Shown here one piece after another: positions 61,876-64,000 of a DNA stretch of 64,000 bases. The DNA lies in the NCBI GenBank assembly GCA_965243205.1, contig CBDEUK010000002.1, positions 1 to 64,000 on the forward strand. Reading direction: 5' to 3'. Numbering within the stretch: position 1 is the stretch's first letter; every line of letters starts with the position of its first letter. The stretch is from Gammaproteobacteria bacterium (GTDB lineage Bacteria > Pseudomonadota > Gammaproteobacteria > Eutrophobiales > Eutrophobiaceae). The translations under genes and the position numbers were made by a program. The notes beneath the pieces are model-generated. The model was given only the letters and a program-made list of their open reading frames with translations, was not told the origin of the DNA and ran no database searches.

Positions 61876-62784
61876 GTGACAAAGAAAAATCGTTGGTTCG
61901 TGAAACGTGGTTCTACGGTAAAAGGGCCATTTTTAGAAGCGCATATCACTCAATATTTATTATTGGGCCGAGTGCGTGACGATGATGAATTGAGTCAAGA
62001 CGAAGAAAATTGGCAACCTGCTATTTCTTTCAAAGAACTTTATCCGAGTGTGTTATTAGAAGAGCCAAGAGATGAGGAAAAAATTCAGGCTGAACGGATA
62101 AAAATTGATGAACGAGCAAAGGATAGGCGTGCAGAACAAAAACAAGACGATTCAAAAACCAACAAAGATTTATCAGACGAACGTCGAGAAGCTAAAGATA
62201 GAAGACAATCTGAATCTGAAGACATGGTGGAATACAGAGAACGTCATGCTCGAGTGATGGATAGTTTGGTGGAAACTGAACAAACAAAAACTCAACCAAG
62301 AATATTTATTTATCTTGCTGTCGTTATTTTAGTGTTATTAATTCTGAGTTTTGAATTTAAAAATCAATCAGGATTTTATCAGGCAGATTGTTCAGCCAAG
62401 CCAACCATAGAGGTTAATTGGATGAATTGCGATAAGATAGGTAGTGATTTATCGAATCAAGATTTATCCAGTGCGAATTTACGTAATGTGAAATTTCAAA
62501 AAGCAAATTTGCTGGGTACAAAATTAGTGGATGCTGATATGTCATATTCACAACTGAACAAAGCGATTTTAGCTAACGCGAATATGCAAGGTGCAAGATT
62601 AAAAGGCGCTAATTTAAATGGCGCTGATTTACATTACACAAATTTAGAAAATGCTGATTTAAGTTTTTCCGACTTAAGTAACGCTGAGATTGGCGGCGTG
62701 AATTTAACGAACGCAAAGCTAGATAACGTGATTTGGATCAATGGACGTGTTTGTAAAGAAGGTTCTGTAGGTGAATGTTTATAG
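61876..62784 (+). CDS. Membrane-anchored pentapeptide-repeat protein
   Basis: N-terminal W(F)V......GPF, central TM, A(N/D)Lxx repeats flanked by Cys pairs. Confidence 0.85.
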   Translation: MTKKNRWFVKRGSTVKGPFLEAHITQYLLLGRVRDDDELSQDEENWQPAISFKELYPSVLLEEPRDEEKIQAERIKIDERAKDRRAEQKQDDSKTNKDLSDERREAKDRRQSESEDMVEYRERHARVMDSLVETEQTKTQPRIFIYLAVVILVLLILSFEFKNQSGFYQADCSAKPTIEVNWMNCDKIGSDLSNQDLSSANLRNVKFQKANLLGTKLVDADMSYSQLNKAILANANMQGARLKGANLNGADLHYTNLENADLSFSDLSNAEIGGVNLTNAKLDNVIWINGRVCKEGSVGECL

Positions 62785-62793
62785 TAATAGCGT

Positions 62794-63342
62794 TTACTCA
62801 GAGATAGAAAATGCTTGATAGATAAAGGCTCTTTCAGGACATTCATCTAAATTCATTCCAGCTTTTAATTTAAGTTGTTGCAGAAATTTTTTAGAGTCTG
62901 GTAAGTTTTCCCATACAGCAGGTAAGAATGTAGCTCGTTTCGACCCTGATTCAATCACTAGGCCATCAATGTTCACACGAAGCTTATTTAAAAGATCGAA
63001 TTCATCCTCGAACTCTAATGACTTTGGTTTATTTAAAACTGAAATGCTGATTTTTATTCGTTCGAATTCTTCTATTTTTAAAGGCTCAAACCGTGGATCG
63101 CTAAACGCTGCAGAGTAGGCATTGCGTAAAACTGTATCGGATAAACTCGAATGGGGTTCCATATTACCTATGCAACCTCGTAAATTATTATCTATCTTCA
63201 ATGTAACAAAGCAAGCTAGTGGTTGTTCTAATTCACTGTTAATTATTTCTGGAAAATCTTTAGTGGTTTGATTTTGTAATGCTCGTTCAATACTGAAATG
63301 TGCAAGGCGAAGTAATTGTTGTTGTGATGATTGTTCAAACAT
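62794..63342 (-). CDS. amrA: AmmeMemoRadiSam system protein A (AMMECR1)
   Basis: ACFVTL, LRGCIG, AAFSDPRF, ATFLP.VW, LK.KAG. Confidence 0.93.
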   Translation of the reverse strand: MFEQSSQQQLLRLAHFSIERALQNQTTKDFPEIINSELEQPLACFVTLKIDNNLRGCIGNMEPHSSLSDTVLRNAYSAAFSDPRFEPLKIEEFERIKISISVLNKPKSLEFEDEFDLLNKLRVNIDGLVIESGSKRATFLPAVWENLPDSKKFLQQLKLKAGMNLDECPERAFIYQAFSISE

Positions 63343-63344
63343 AA

Positions 63345-64000
63345 TTAAATTATTGCGTAAGCACCATATCCAACCACGCGTTCTTTATTGCCTGAAGTAT
63401 CACCTGAATTTTTTATCTCTAAACTTTTAACTTGATAAGAATGTTTTTTTGCATACGTTAATAAACCGTTCAATGGTCTACAGCCGCAAGCTTGTTTTGG
63501 ACCTATATTTTCTATTTGAAAATTTTCAATAGCATCACTTGTGTTTTGATCGACTTGTTTTGCAAATTCATAAGTATGAAAGTGACTGAGATCGGAACTT
63601 ACCATGATTAATGTCTTATCATTCCACAGTAATTCAATAACATCACTCACTTGTTGTGGAGAAGTTTCACCTACGATAAGAGGAATTAAACTGAATTCAT
63701 TTAAACAGCTCTGTAAAAACGGTAAATGAACTTCTAGGCAATGTTCATCTTTATGCGCCTCATCGATGATTTGAATAAAATCCAATTCTAATAATTGAGA
63801 TTGTGCAGCTTGATCAATGTCTATATTGCCTAATGGAGTAGCAAACATATCTGCAGAAGATAAAGCTATACCTTTCACAAACACACGATGCGCAGGTCCA
63901 AGAATCACAACTCGTTCAATGTTTTCTTTACGATGTAAGATAGTTTTATACGCCGTTGCCGCAATACTGCCTGAATATTGATGACCAGCATGAGGTGCGA
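63345..64000 (-). CDS. amrB: AmmeMemoRadiSam system protein B (MEMO1), 5' end outside the window
   Basis: APHAG..YSG, ILGP.H, EHCLEVHLPFLQ, SSDLSHF, ACG, VVGYGA. Confidence 0.93.
   Translation of the reverse strand, partial: APHAGHQYSGSIAATAYKTILHRKENIERVVILGPAHRVFVKGIALSSADMFATPLGNIDIDQAAQSQLLELDFIQIIDEAHKDEHCLEVHLPFLQSCLNEFSLIPLIVGETSPQQVSDVIELLWNDKTLIMVSSDLSHFHTYEFAKQVDQNTSDAIENFQIENIGPKQACGCRPLNGLLTYAKKHSYQVKSLEIKNSGDTSGNKERVVGYGAYAII

Overview
AT-rich chromosomal segment of a gammaproteobacterium, probably free-living and flagellated. The backbone is housekeeping: ahpF, glmS, tolC, TPP riboswitch-thiC, putP, apt, aas, mltD-yafS-rnhA-dnaQ, grxD, argD-argF, surE-pcm-nlpD-rpoS, adk, mrcB, amrA/amrB. 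Main points of interest: (1) frameshifted oxyR and ahpC at the left edge; (2) a ~9 kb accessory cluster (2OG-Fe oxygenase, flavin-dependent halogenase, two-CxxCH exported protein, Sec-exported PhoX-like protein, CRTAC1/ASPIC-UnbV protein, degenerate CuA cupredoxin, convergent VPLPA-CTERM protein); (3) glmS followed by a GlrR-like activator, Hpt and hybrid kinase, then a sigma54 promoter driving a 63-codon ORF; (4) a GT2 / nucleosidase / SplB-like radical SAM operon; (5) four ~195-nt structured repeat units in two tail-to-tail pairs that keep their fold despite sequence divergence; (6) a probable gloB 5' scar fused to mltD; (7) a histone H1-like gene with a phased AT-palindrome array upstream and an out-of-frame coding tail behind A-runs; (8) an eroding integrase-less integron cassette array (CALIN) at ~57.1-60.2 kb. 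No rRNA, tRNA, CRISPR array or transposase was seen. All family assignments are from motif recognition by eye; no searches were run.
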